IMG/VR virus record: IMGVR_UViG_3300012984_000013
Location: 13,581-77,580 of that record
Length of the DNA stretch: 64,000 nt
Reading direction: 5' to 3' (one strand)
DNA from: a virus
Taxonomy: Duplodnaviria; Heunggongvirae; Uroviricota; Caudoviricetes
Made by a program: the position numbers and the translations under genes. Positions 21,863 through 30,390 of this stretch are shown in pieces. Position 1 is the first letter of the stretch. Each line of letters starts with the position of its first letter. The notes below the pieces were generated by a model, which worked only from the letters and a program-made list of their open reading frames with translations, was not told the origin of the DNA and made no database searches.

Positions 21863-23073
21863 ATACGATGTTCAAATTCTGCAATTTTTCCTTGAGTAGG
21901 ATGGTATACAAAAAGAAGAGCAGCACGTAATTGATTGACAAAGCCGTTATCTTTATGCCATCTATCAGTTCCAGATAATGAGGGTACTTGTTGAATTCTT
22001 ACTCCTGAACCTGTTACTTCTTTAGCTAAGTAATGATGCTTATCTCCTGTGTGAATTTCTCTATACTTAGCATTACCAAAGTCTTTTGCTGTCTCAGGAG
22101 AAGTTGCAAAGATAATAGGTAGACTTTCTAACTTACAAGAGTTACCATGATGGTAGCCTATAAATGTCTCCCCTACTACTGTGTGTTTAATTACTGAATG
22201 TTGTCTTTGGAACTTTACATTCTTATATTCTTTAAAAAATACTTCAAGAGCATGTGCTACAAAGAAGCTTTTAGTTCTGTCGTGGTTTCCTTGTACTAAA
22301 ATAACCTCCACTTCATCTGCTTGTGTTATTAGATAATTAATCGAATTAGCTAGGATATCAAATCCTTTTTCATATTCTTCATCATACCAAGCAGTAACAT
22401 CTTGAGGAGTTAAATGAGTTGTGCTATTCTGAATATTATCAGTGTGAAACATATCATTCCCTATAGGGAATACAAGTTTTCTAATATTATATACTTTTCT
22501 TACTTTCTCTACAAGGTCATTTACCGCCTTGTAGTATTCAAACTCTTTTGATCCTAGAGTATCATTTTGAAAGGTTCTTTTAGCTAAGTGAAAGTCTGCT
22601 ATATTTAATTCTATATCTACTGTTTCTTTATCTTTACTATTTGTTACATAGTATCCTTTAGAAATTATTGTAGTAGGTTCCCATGTTTCTAAGAACTTAG
22701 CAAAGTCCTCTGGGTTGTAATCTGCTGGTTTTCTAAGAGTAGCAAATACCGAAGAGGTAAATTTACCATTAGCTTTTAGTTTAGACCAATAATTTGATAT
22801 TTTATACTTAGAAAGATCAATCTTATGTAATTTAGCCAACTCCTCTACTGTCTGAGGATCAAACGTTACTTCTACGCTACTTTCTAAGGTTCCTTTTTCT
22901 TCGTTTGTTTTACGTTGATATTCTACTACTTCATCTATAACCTGTTCTGTCTTACGGATCTCTTTTAAGAGTTCCTCCAAATGTTCTTTGGTAATTCCTA
23001 ATTTTTCCGAATAATATTCTTTACTTTTCTTTCGGGGAAGAAGTTGCTTTAACTTTTCTTCAAGGTTCTCCAT
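21859..23073 (-). CDS. Calcineurin-like metallophosphoesterase domain protein (404 aa)
   Basis: Carries ...EVEVILVQGNHDRTKS... (the GNHD/E motif of the metallophosphatase fold). Overlaps the HNH gene by 4 nt. Confidence 0.55.
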   Translation of the reverse strand: MENLEEKLKQLLPRKKSKEYYSEKLGITKEHLEELLKEIRKTEQVIDEVVEYQRKTNEEKGTLESSVEVTFDPQTVEELAKLHKIDLSKYKISNYWSKLKANGKFTSSVFATLRKPADYNPEDFAKFLETWEPTTIISKGYYVTNSKDKETVDIELNIADFHLAKRTFQNDTLGSKEFEYYKAVNDLVEKVRKVYNIRKLVFPIGNDMFHTDNIQNSTTHLTPQDVTAWYDEEYEKGFDILANSINYLITQADEVEVILVQGNHDRTKSFFVAHALEVFFKEYKNVKFQRQHSVIKHTVVGETFIGYHHGNSCKLESLPIIFATSPETAKDFGNAKYREIHTGDKHHYLAKEVTGSGVRIQQVPSLSGTDRWHKDNGFVNQLRAALLFVYHPTQGKIAEFEHRI

Positions 23074-23175
23074 TTTGTGTTATTTAGTTGAAACTGAGAC
23101 AAAGGTACTTATATATTTACGAAATACCAAATAATTTTATAATTAAATACGTTACTTAGATAATTGGATGGGTTA

Positions 23176-23209
23176 TAAAGCAAAACAGCATCCTTTTTAG
23201 GGGATGCTG
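23176..23209 (-). terminator. Rho-independent terminator on the minus strand (after the tail-fibre genes)
   Basis: Minus strand reads CAGCATCC-cctaaaaa-GGATGCTG followed by TTTTGCTTTAT. Confidence 0.6.
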
Positions 23210-23242
23210 AACCTCTGCTAAACCAACAAAAGCATTGGATTT

Positions 23243-23521
23243 TTAACAATTTAAGGCTGTACAAAGGGCTACTCTAAGGTCATCATCCTCAGATATAGCA
23301 GCTATTATTTTGGCTATTAGCTCTGCTCCTGATAGATCATTGTCTATTTTTTGGAGGGCAACAGTTAATGTATCTCCATTATTTACTCCTGTATTAGGAA
23401 GGTTTGTACCAGTATATATGATATCACCAGTAGGCTCTGTACCAGGAGGACATGGTTTCGCATATGTAGTATATACTACTACACCATTAGAACTTACACA
23501 TTTGGTAGATTTAAAGGACAT
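23243..23521 (-). CDS. Small tail-fibre-associated protein (92 aa)
   Basis: ORF directly downstream of the tail-collar fibre gene. Confidence 0.5.
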   Translation of the reverse strand: MSFKSTKCVSSNGVVVYTTYAKPCPPGTEPTGDIIYTGTNLPNTGVNNGDTLTVALQKIDNDLSGAELIAKIIAAISEDDDLRVALCTALNC

Positions 23522-23523
23522 TA

Positions 23524-24642
23524 TTAAGGAATATAGGTTATAAAGTGTACAGCTAAAACAGGTTGTTTGTTATCATGTGCTCCACCACTACCAGCATCTT
23601 CTGTTTCTGTGATACCAGTATCAGCTTCATATACTTTACCTACTGTAGGTGTAGATAACACAGAAGCTTGTAAAGAGTATTCACTATCTGCTCCTGCTGC
23701 TCCTTCTCTAGCAACATAATCACCTGCACCAATAGGTGAGGTAGATACATCTTCATCTGTTGCTAATATGTGAGTGTGACCAGGATCTGTAATAGGGTGA
23801 TTATGAACAGGTATCTGTGTACTGGAAAGCGTTACCTTATTAGCTCCTTGAACATCTCCTAGAGCATAGTTAGGGTTAAAAGTAGGATCAGATGCAGGGT
23901 TAACTGCTGCTGCTAATGTACCTCCAGGTACTCCTGATATAGCACCAACAGGTACTCTTCCTCTTAGGTCAGGGGTTCCGTTATTACCATTACATAGGTA
24001 TATCTTTTCCCATTCTGTACCAATAATACCAGCACCTGTAGCATCAAAAAATGATAACGATCCCCAATATCCCTCTATAGAATATGGGACCATTCTAGTG
24101 TAGTATCTGGTAGCAGTAGTTGTAGAAGCTATATATGCAGCAATGTATGCATTAATATTTGCTATTTTTACATAGTTTGTATCAAGATTGGTTGCTAAGT
24201 TAGTAAGATCTGTACTTATTGTACAAAGTTTAGTAATAACTGCTTGTAATATATCGTGAGTACCTGAACCAGAAGTAACTCCTGTTAAACACCCTACAGA
24301 ATAAGGGGCTTCAATTACATCTATTCTTGCTTTCTCTGTATCTATTTGTTCTTGTAAATCACAAGCTGCTTTTATCAAAGCTTTGAATAAAGCCAGAGCA
24401 GTTACTTCAGAACAATCATCTAAGTATTGAGAAACTAGTTCACAATAATCATCTTCACTTATTGAAATCTTTATACCTGTTCCATCTATTGTAGATGCTA
24501 AAAAGGTAATAAGAGCCTGTTCTACATAGGATAGAGAATCTCCATTTTGAATACCAAAAGCTGGAATACTCAATCCTGTATATTTAACACATTTATCGGA
24601 AATCGTTTCTATACATCCATTATAACAATTGCTACAAGCCAT
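23524..24642 (-). CDS. Tail fibre protein with a phage tail-collar domain
   Basis: Carries ...YLCNGNNGTPDLRGRVPVG...IPVHNHPITDPGHTH..., matching the PDLRGRF tail-collar (MdpB-like) motif. Gly-rich C-terminus. Confidence 0.7.
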   Translation of the reverse strand: MACSNCYNGCIETISDKCVKYTGLSIPAFGIQNGDSLSYVEQALITFLASTIDGTGIKISISEDDYCELVSQYLDDCSEVTALALFKALIKAACDLQEQIDTEKARIDVIEAPYSVGCLTGVTSGSGTHDILQAVITKLCTISTDLTNLATNLDTNYVKIANINAYIAAYIASTTTATRYYTRMVPYSIEGYWGSLSFFDATGAGIIGTEWEKIYLCNGNNGTPDLRGRVPVGAISGVPGGTLAAAVNPASDPTFNPNYALGDVQGANKVTLSSTQIPVHNHPITDPGHTHILATDEDVSTSPIGAGDYVAREGAAGADSEYSLQASVLSTPTVGKVYEADTGITETEDAGSGGAHDNKQPVLAVHFITYIP

Positions 24643-24647
24643 GTTAG

Positions 24648-24914
24648 TTATTTAAAAATTAAGATTTTGACTTTACTAGCTATATTTTCAACAGTGTATG
24701 TACATGCGTAATCTTCATTACAGTACTTATACGTCAGGATTCTTTTATAGTTTAGAAGATCTAAAGCTACATCCTGGGATATACCACTATCAAACCCAAA
24801 AACAATACTATTATATTGCTTATTAGCCATTTGGGTTAATTTATTATCTATCTGCCCAATTAAATTGGGAATAGAATTACATTCTGTACAATTATTTAGC
24901 CGGGGGTTGAGCAT
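24648..24914 (-). CDS. Small hypothetical protein (88 aa; true start may be the internal Met)
   Basis: ORF from the track; its N-terminus overlaps a Cys-rich micro-ORF in another frame. Confidence 0.4.
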   Translation of the reverse strand: MLNPRLNNCTECNSIPNLIGQIDNKLTQMANKQYNSIVFGFDSGISQDVALDLLNYKRILTYKYCNEDYACTYTVENIASKVKILIFK

Positions 24915-25026
24915 TTTGTGCTTGTTTTATAGAATCCAGATACACAGAGTGACAAGATGGACATAGCCCATTTGTCAACTGGCAAGAGCATCCTTGATTT
25001 GCCCCACATTTGGAACACTTAGCCAT
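24892..25026 (-). CDS. Cys-rich 44-aa micro-protein (zinc-ribbon-like), MAKCSKCGANQGCSCQLTNGLCPSCHSVYLDSIKQAQNAQPPAK
   Basis: Hand translation: ATG at 25026..25024, TAA at 24894..24892. Six Cys in CxxC...CxC...CxxC spacing. Not in the ORF track (<60 aa). Confidence 0.3.
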   Translation of the reverse strand: MAKCSKCGANQGCSCQLTNGLCPSCHSVYLDSIKQAQNAQPPAK

Positions 25027-25028
25027 AA

Positions 25029-25589
25029 TTAAAAGTTAGTTATATAATTAGTACCTGAACATCCACATCCATTTTTAGTAAGATATGAAAGTTGTTTAGC
25101 TGCTTGAAGATAGAGTTTGTTAGCTACATCTATTGCACAATTATTAGCAGCAGCAATAGATCCTTGTATCAGGAAGTATACTGTGTTTAAGTCTACTTTC
25201 TGTTGCTTTTTAATAGCAGTATCACATTCCATCATATCAAGCTTCATAAAAGCTTCATCAAACTTCTCTTGCAACTGTTCTACTCTCATTATGTTTTTAG
25301 TAACATAGTTAGTATAAGCAGGAGCTACAGAATAAGTTATTGTATATAGACCATCAGGAATAGGTTGTAAGTCTTCATCTACTTCAGTTATACTGAGAGT
25401 TGAGGAATTAAATACATTGAAATCATTTGGTACGAAAGGAACAACTGTAGAACCTAGTCCTGGAATCTCTATCTCCAAAGATGGAGAACTTATTGTAAAT
25501 CCATCAGGGTATGTAGATGCATCAGCTATAGCTAAAGTTAATGTGTTATAGGTAGGAACTACTAATATATCTAGTCTTAAATCAGCCAT
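25029..25589 (-). CDS. Structural-module protein (186 aa after start correction)
   Basis: The track ORF starts at 25643, inside the terminator hairpin. The Met at 25589 (MADLRLDIL...) lies downstream of the terminator and is the more plausible start. Confidence 0.5.
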   Translation of the reverse strand: MADLRLDILVVPTYNTLTLAIADASTYPDGFTISSPSLEIEIPGLGSTVVPFVPNDFNVFNSSTLSITEVDEDLQPIPDGLYTITYSVAPAYTNYVTKNIMRVEQLQEKFDEAFMKLDMMECDTAIKKQQKVDLNTVYFLIQGSIAAANNCAIDVANKLYLQAAKQLSYLTKNGCGCSGTNYITNF

Positions 25590-25602
25590 TTTGTAGATTT
25601 TT

Positions 25603-25637
25603 AATAAAAAAGGGGAGGAAAAAAATTCCATCCCCCT
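25603..25637 (-). terminator. Rho-independent terminator on the minus strand (after the 383-aa structural gene)
   Basis: Minus strand reads GGGGGATGG-aattttttt-CCTCCCC followed by TTTTTTATT. Confidence 0.6.
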
Positions 25638-25665
25638 TTTCAAGTTATTGACTATCGACTACCTA

Positions 25666-26817
25666 TTAAGGTACGAATACCGTAGTAGTAGTAGAAGTAG
25701 TAGTAGACGTAAGCGTTGTAGAAGTAGTAGTTGTAGTTGTGATACAAGTGTTACCAGCAGTTACAGCACCAAGAGCAGCTTCAAGTACAGTTTGTATACC
25801 AGCACTTACTGCTTGAGGAGCAGCGATGATAACCATAGAATCACCAGGGACATAATCTCCCCATTTTTCTTCTGATTTGCTATATTCGTTAAATTTGATA
25901 TAGAATGTATCGTAAATTGTACCATCAGTTACCCATGATTCAAAGTTACCATTCCATCCAACTTCACGATACAAATGTTTCAAGTAACCAGCCTGATAAG
26001 AATAGTAATTCTTTTCAAGTTGTTTAATCTCAGCAGAAGTACCAGTTGCAGCAGTGGAACGTTGAACACCAGTTACGGTAGCAACTACATCACAATTATC
26101 AGCTACAATAAAGTCAGCAGTGGTTGCAGGACCTTCAGTAACAAATACACGGAACCACATTCTATCATATTCATGAGGGAAAGCAGCAATATCGCAAGGT
26201 TGACCATATACTGTCAATGGTTTACCATGAATTCTCAACTTAGCATTTGCATCACTACCAATTCTTTCGAAGGTAAAGAATGTGCTAAAGCTGATATTAT
26301 CAGAGTTAATTGCAGGAGTAGTTTGAGTCAACTTAGCAATCAAAGAATCAATAAGTGTAGGTACATCTACATCAGTACAAGGATCTGCACCGCAATCACA
26401 ACAAGGAGCTTTTACTGTTACGGAACGAGTAAAACCATTGTGATAAAGAGTATCAATGTAATTAGAGTGAGCACGAAGAGTAAGAGTTACTACATCTCCA
26501 CATTGTACACTGAAACCAGATACATCGTAAATTTCGTTTGCTGCTGTACCGCAACCAGTTACCTTATACCATTCTGATACATTAACAGCGGTAGAGGAAA
26601 TTTTGTCAGAGCGTTTGCTGCCCTGCATGAAAGTGTTTGTTCTACCTTGTGCCAGATAGAAGTAAGGTAATGAAGCAATGTTTCCCGCAGTTGCTACACT
26701 ATAATCACTTCTAAATACACCAAATTTACCTGCTACTAAATCCTGTGTTGATCCAGAGCTAGGTAGAGTGTTTCCTACTGGAACTACAAACAGAGTAGTT
26801 AATGAAAAATCAGCCAT
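25666..26817 (-). CDS. Abundant structural protein candidate (383 aa; tail tube/ring or capsid-associated) with a C-terminal poly-Thr tract
   Basis: A strong terminator lies immediately downstream, suggesting high expression. C-terminus reads ...TTTTTSTTLTSTTTSTTTTVFVP. Confidence 0.6.
   Translation of the reverse strand: MADFSLTTLFVVPVGNTLPSSGSTQDLVAGKFGVFRSDYSVATAGNIASLPYFYLAQGRTNTFMQGSKRSDKISSTAVNVSEWYKVTGCGTAANEIYDVSGFSVQCGDVVTLTLRAHSNYIDTLYHNGFTRSVTVKAPCCDCGADPCTDVDVPTLIDSLIAKLTQTTPAINSDNISFSTFFTFERIGSDANAKLRIHGKPLTVYGQPCDIAAFPHEYDRMWFRVFVTEGPATTADFIVADNCDVVATVTGVQRSTAATGTSAEIKQLEKNYYSYQAGYLKHLYREVGWNGNFESWVTDGTIYDTFYIKFNEYSKSEEKWGDYVPGDSMVIIAAPQAVSAGIQTVLEAALGAVTAGNTCITTTTTTSTTLTSTTTSTTTTVFVP
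25681..25745. repeat. Tandem trinucleotide-based repeats encoding the poly-Thr C-terminus
   Basis: Plus strand reads gtagtagtagtagaagtagtagtagacgtaagcgttgtagaagtagtagttgtagttgtg. Confidence 0.65.
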
Positions 26818-26835
26818 TTTTATTTTTGTTTAAAA

Positions 26836-27561
26836 TTATTTGTTAGTGTTAATTCTTAATTGTGCAGATTGAACTGCACCTATGTTTTCTGTATACATTG
26901 CGATGTTTTGAACTGTTATATCTAAGAGTTCATCCTCCAGATATTCTTCAAGTTCGCAATTTTGATCACTTGAAGCAGTACCATCGAATTTAGTATATCC
27001 TGCCTTATCTATGTACTTAGGATATCTAAGATACATCAAATACAGTTTAGTTGGACTAAAAGTTCCGTCAGTAAATATTGAAACATCATCAGATGTTAAT
27101 ATATTGAAGGTTTCCTGATACTCAAATGAGGGTTTAAAGTGTTCGTTGTTTAATATAAACTGTAGATCACTATGTCTACTTAAGTCTCTATTAACCCAGA
27201 TTATTCTATCCTTACAAGTTCCTTTATCAGCAGTTATATAACTGTCAATATAGAACATGTATCTAGGATCAAGATTAACCAATGAAGCTTTATATTGATT
27301 GATCTTTTCATCAATCTTTGTAAGTTCTAAAGGATGCTTAACGTAATCCTCTATCAAGTTTTGAAGAGCTTCATATCTCTTCTTTATAGAATCAAATCCA
27401 GAAACTACATTTATACCATCAACTTTTTGTTTTATCAACTTAAGTTGACCTTCATTTAAAGCTAAGATTTTATCTTCTAAAGGTATTTGTTGATGTAAAT
27501 TAGATGATAGTTTATTTAGTTTTTGATCTATTTTGTATAATAAACTATCTACTAAGATCAT
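26836..27561 (-). CDS. Structural-module protein (241 aa)
   Basis: ORF overlapping the upstream gene by 4 nt. Confidence 0.5.
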   Translation of the reverse strand: MILVDSLLYKIDQKLNKLSSNLHQQIPLEDKILALNEGQLKLIKQKVDGINVVSGFDSIKKRYEALQNLIEDYVKHPLELTKIDEKINQYKASLVNLDPRYMFYIDSYITADKGTCKDRIIWVNRDLSRHSDLQFILNNEHFKPSFEYQETFNILTSDDVSIFTDGTFSPTKLYLMYLRYPKYIDKAGYTKFDGTASSDQNCELEEYLEDELLDITVQNIAMYTENIGAVQSAQLRINTNK

Positions 27562-28520
27562 ACGAGTTTTTTAGTTTTCAATTTTTGTTCTAGAGCAATA
27601 AGATCATCCTGATTATTGTCATCACTTAGGAAGGTAAGAAGTTCTTCTTTACTTTTTGCTACTTCAAGTTCTCCCTCATAAATAGCACCTGTTGATTTTT
27701 CTCTATACACGGAGTATTGAATAGCTTGTTCGATTAAGTCTTTCTTACTACGAACTTCTTTTTTCATATCCGCAACAGTAGTGAACAGAGCTATAGTACT
27801 TTGACCTTTAAATTTACCTTCTTTAAACTCCGATTGTTTTAAAAGATTATCAATAAGGTTATAAGCCAATTCTTCTTTAGTATCATCAGAGATAGGTAAT
27901 CCCATTAATCTGGCTACTTGACGTTTTTCTGTAGAACTCATTGCCTCCAGTTTACCGATAGCTTTGTTGATCTCTCTATTCTTCCTGAAAGTAATCTCAG
28001 TTTCAATATTGTCATCTACAACATAGAATTGTGTATCAGCCGGGTAATCTCCTCTTTTCCATGCCTGAAATGAAGAGGCGATTGTTGGATGTACTCTTAA
28101 CCAAGAAAATGTAAGTTCTTGCATAGGTGAATCGAGATCATAATAATTGTCTCCATCCATAAGCTTTACATGCTGTACATGGTTAGGATCATCTGGATTC
28201 TTAGAAAGTGTATAATTCCAGAATGAAGATCTTGGACTTAGATCCAAGCCTGTTGCTGCTTCTAGTTTTTCTTTTAAAGCAGTTACTCGTTGTTTCTCAA
28301 TCTCCCTTTCAGTTGGATCTTGAATCCTTCGAATATACATAGCATCAGGGTCCAATCCAGTTCTATACTTATTATCCATTTCCTTATATGGGGATTTGAA
28401 TACTCCAGTTCCTGGTACACGTGTTAAACCTTTAGCAGCAAGTCCACTTTGTAGTGTTTGTTGTCCAGAGGTATTAAATTCTCGTTTAATAGCAGAGATC
28501 TTACCTATCTTATTACTCAT
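27558..28520 (-). CDS. Structural-module protein (320 aa; possible head-tail joining protein)
   Basis: ORF between the tRNA-CAT and downstream structural genes. Confidence 0.5.
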   Translation of the reverse strand: MSNKIGKISAIKREFNTSGQQTLQSGLAAKGLTRVPGTGVFKSPYKEMDNKYRTGLDPDAMYIRRIQDPTEREIEKQRVTALKEKLEAATGLDLSPRSSFWNYTLSKNPDDPNHVQHVKLMDGDNYYDLDSPMQELTFSWLRVHPTIASSFQAWKRGDYPADTQFYVVDDNIETEITFRKNREINKAIGKLEAMSSTEKRQVARLMGLPISDDTKEELAYNLIDNLLKQSEFKEGKFKGQSTIALFTTVADMKKEVRSKKDLIEQAIQYSVYREKSTGAIYEGELEVAKSKEELLTFLSDDNNQDDLIALEQKLKTKKLV

Positions 28521-28548
28521 ATTTAGTTATTTGTTGTTAGTTTTGTTG

Positions 28549-28622
28549 TTGCGAAAGAAGGATTTGAACCTTCGACCTTTAGGTTATGAGCCTAACGAGC
28601 TACCAGACTGCTCTATCTCGCT
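28549..28622 (-). tRNA. tRNA with anticodon CAT (Met or lysidine-Ile2)
   Basis: Hand-folded: acceptor AGCGAGA/TTTCGCA (position 1:72 A.A mismatch), D-arm GAGC-AGTCTGGTA-GCTC, anticodon arm TTAGG-CTCATAA-CCTAA, T-arm GAAGG-TTCAAAT-CCTTC. 74 nt. Confidence 0.7.
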
Positions 28623-28701
28623 ATTTAAGGTTTTTATGTTCAGGAACCTTGGTCCTTATCTTACATTGTATTCTAGTAGTAAGCGAGACTAGTTTTTCTT
28701 T

Positions 28702-28737
28702 AAAGAATCCCCTCCACACTCAGCAATGTGGAGGGAT
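28702..28737 (-). terminator. Hairpin/terminator on the minus strand downstream of the capsid-candidate gene
   Basis: Stem atcccCTCCACA/TGTGGAGgggat with loop ctcagcaa. U-tract is weak (TTCTTTAAAG on minus). Confidence 0.4.
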
Positions 28738-28797
28738 AGGATTCTCAGTATGAAGGCTAGAAGTGTGCTTGAATCAGTGGCACTAGCCTTTTTGTTA

Positions 28798-30366
28798 TTA
28801 GAATTGAGGAATTTCTTCGATCAACACAGTACGAGAAAGATCTTCGATGAATACATCACAACGATCTTCCATCCACAATTGGTATCCAGGGAATTTGTTA
28901 GCAGAACTCATACCTTGAGATCTTGCAAAACCTAAGTGGTGAGCACGACCATCAACATAACCCCAAGTCATAGAAGGACGATCCTTCATACGTACTTCAC
29001 GGATGTTATTTACAAGTGAACCATTGCTTGAAGGAGACACATCGAATACAAAGAATACAGGTGTAGACTTCTTATTCTGACCAAACTCAAGGTTAGTTTG
29101 AGGAAGATCAAGTTCTTTCAAGTGGATAAGTTCAATTCTACCAGTCTCACGTGTTACCATTGCATCAAATGCAAATCCATAAGTCAAATGATTTTGAGCA
29201 GAACCTACTCCTATATTACCTGATTCAGCACCATCAATTTTAGTGAAGAATGTCAAACCAGAGTTAAGAGCATCAGCTTTAACAGCTTGTTGGAATACAT
29301 CGAAGCCAGCTTCGTTAGTATACATCTTTACTCTACGATCCTTAATATCAACCCTACGGTAGTACAGATCTCCAAATACAGAACGTAAAAGGTTGGCTGT
29401 AAATTCACCACGGTTATATTGTACCAAGTTACCGTTATTACGCATTCTGTGGTATACACCAGCAGATACACGTTTTAATTCTTGCTTAGATCCACCAGAC
29501 TTAACTGTTCCAGGTTTGGACCAGATCATACGCTTAACTTTAAGTTCAAGCATAGCCTTACGCATCAAGAACTCAATAAATGGTTCCCACTTAATATCAT
29601 TACGAGTAAGTGGTTCTTCATTTCTGCGTTGCTGTGCATACACCAAAATATCCAAAGGACGTCCTGCTGAATCTCTCATCAATTTAGCGTCAGCCCAACT
29701 GGTGATAGTATGTTCAAAACCGTAACCTGAACCAAGCGATTCATACATGGTGATCTTATCACCCAAGCGAGGAAGACCCAAGAGATCTTGGTCAAATTCA
29801 CCAATTGTACCATCGATAAGCTCAAGTTCATTTCCAGTTTTAAGGAAAGTAGAAGTGAGGTATTCAACAGTAGGGTTGTCGCTCAAAAGAACGAAAGTAT
29901 AAGAGAAACCATTGTTCCAAGGCACAGGGTCTTTAACAACCACCAACCGAGGACCATATTGGCGAGAACCAATAGATACAATTGAGTTTTTAGAAAACTC
30001 AGCAGTATTCAATACCAATGAGAATTCCTGACCATCGATACCCGGTTTAGCCAAAGCTGCTGTTGCAGTAGGAATATCGATAATTTTAGGAAACTGGTAA
30101 GGAACATTGATATCCCATTGCCAAGCATCTGAGTTATTGTCAATATAGTAAGGAGTTGACTTATTGATCATGTCAAGGAAGTCATTACTATATAATGAAC
30201 TCTGAGTATACAAGCTTATGATTTTTTTATCATATTTAGCTGGTTCATCAGAGTGGAAGCTTTCCAAGTGGTTAGCATCAGTAAGTTTACCAATTGCTCG
30301 TTTATCCATCGAGGATACTTTTGCGTAGGTAAAGCCAGTTAGTCCTGGTATTGTTTGAAGTCCCAT
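28798..30366 (-). CDS. Major capsid protein candidate (522 aa)
   Basis: Sits directly after the scaffold-like gene in a TerL-portal-scaffold-capsid order. Its size fits large HK97-fold capsid proteins, and a hairpin follows. No motif was checked. Confidence 0.55.
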   Translation of the reverse strand: MGLQTIPGLTGFTYAKVSSMDKRAIGKLTDANHLESFHSDEPAKYDKKIISLYTQSSLYSNDFLDMINKSTPYYIDNNSDAWQWDINVPYQFPKIIDIPTATAALAKPGIDGQEFSLVLNTAEFSKNSIVSIGSRQYGPRLVVVKDPVPWNNGFSYTFVLLSDNPTVEYLTSTFLKTGNELELIDGTIGEFDQDLLGLPRLGDKITMYESLGSGYGFEHTITSWADAKLMRDSAGRPLDILVYAQQRRNEEPLTRNDIKWEPFIEFLMRKAMLELKVKRMIWSKPGTVKSGGSKQELKRVSAGVYHRMRNNGNLVQYNRGEFTANLLRSVFGDLYYRRVDIKDRRVKMYTNEAGFDVFQQAVKADALNSGLTFFTKIDGAESGNIGVGSAQNHLTYGFAFDAMVTRETGRIELIHLKELDLPQTNLEFGQNKKSTPVFFVFDVSPSSNGSLVNNIREVRMKDRPSMTWGYVDGRAHHLGFARSQGMSSANKFPGYQLWMEDRCDVFIEDLSRTVLIEEIPQF

Positions 30367-30390
30367 CTTATTTTAGATTTATTTTAAATT

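Noticed and set aside
23243-24642. Diversity-generating retroelement targeting the tail-fibre C-terminus (common in crAss-like phages)
   Set aside because: No reverse-transcriptase-like ORF (no YxDD motif protein) anywhere in the window, and no obvious ~100-nt template/variable repeat pair by eye. A computational repeat search would be needed to fully exclude it.
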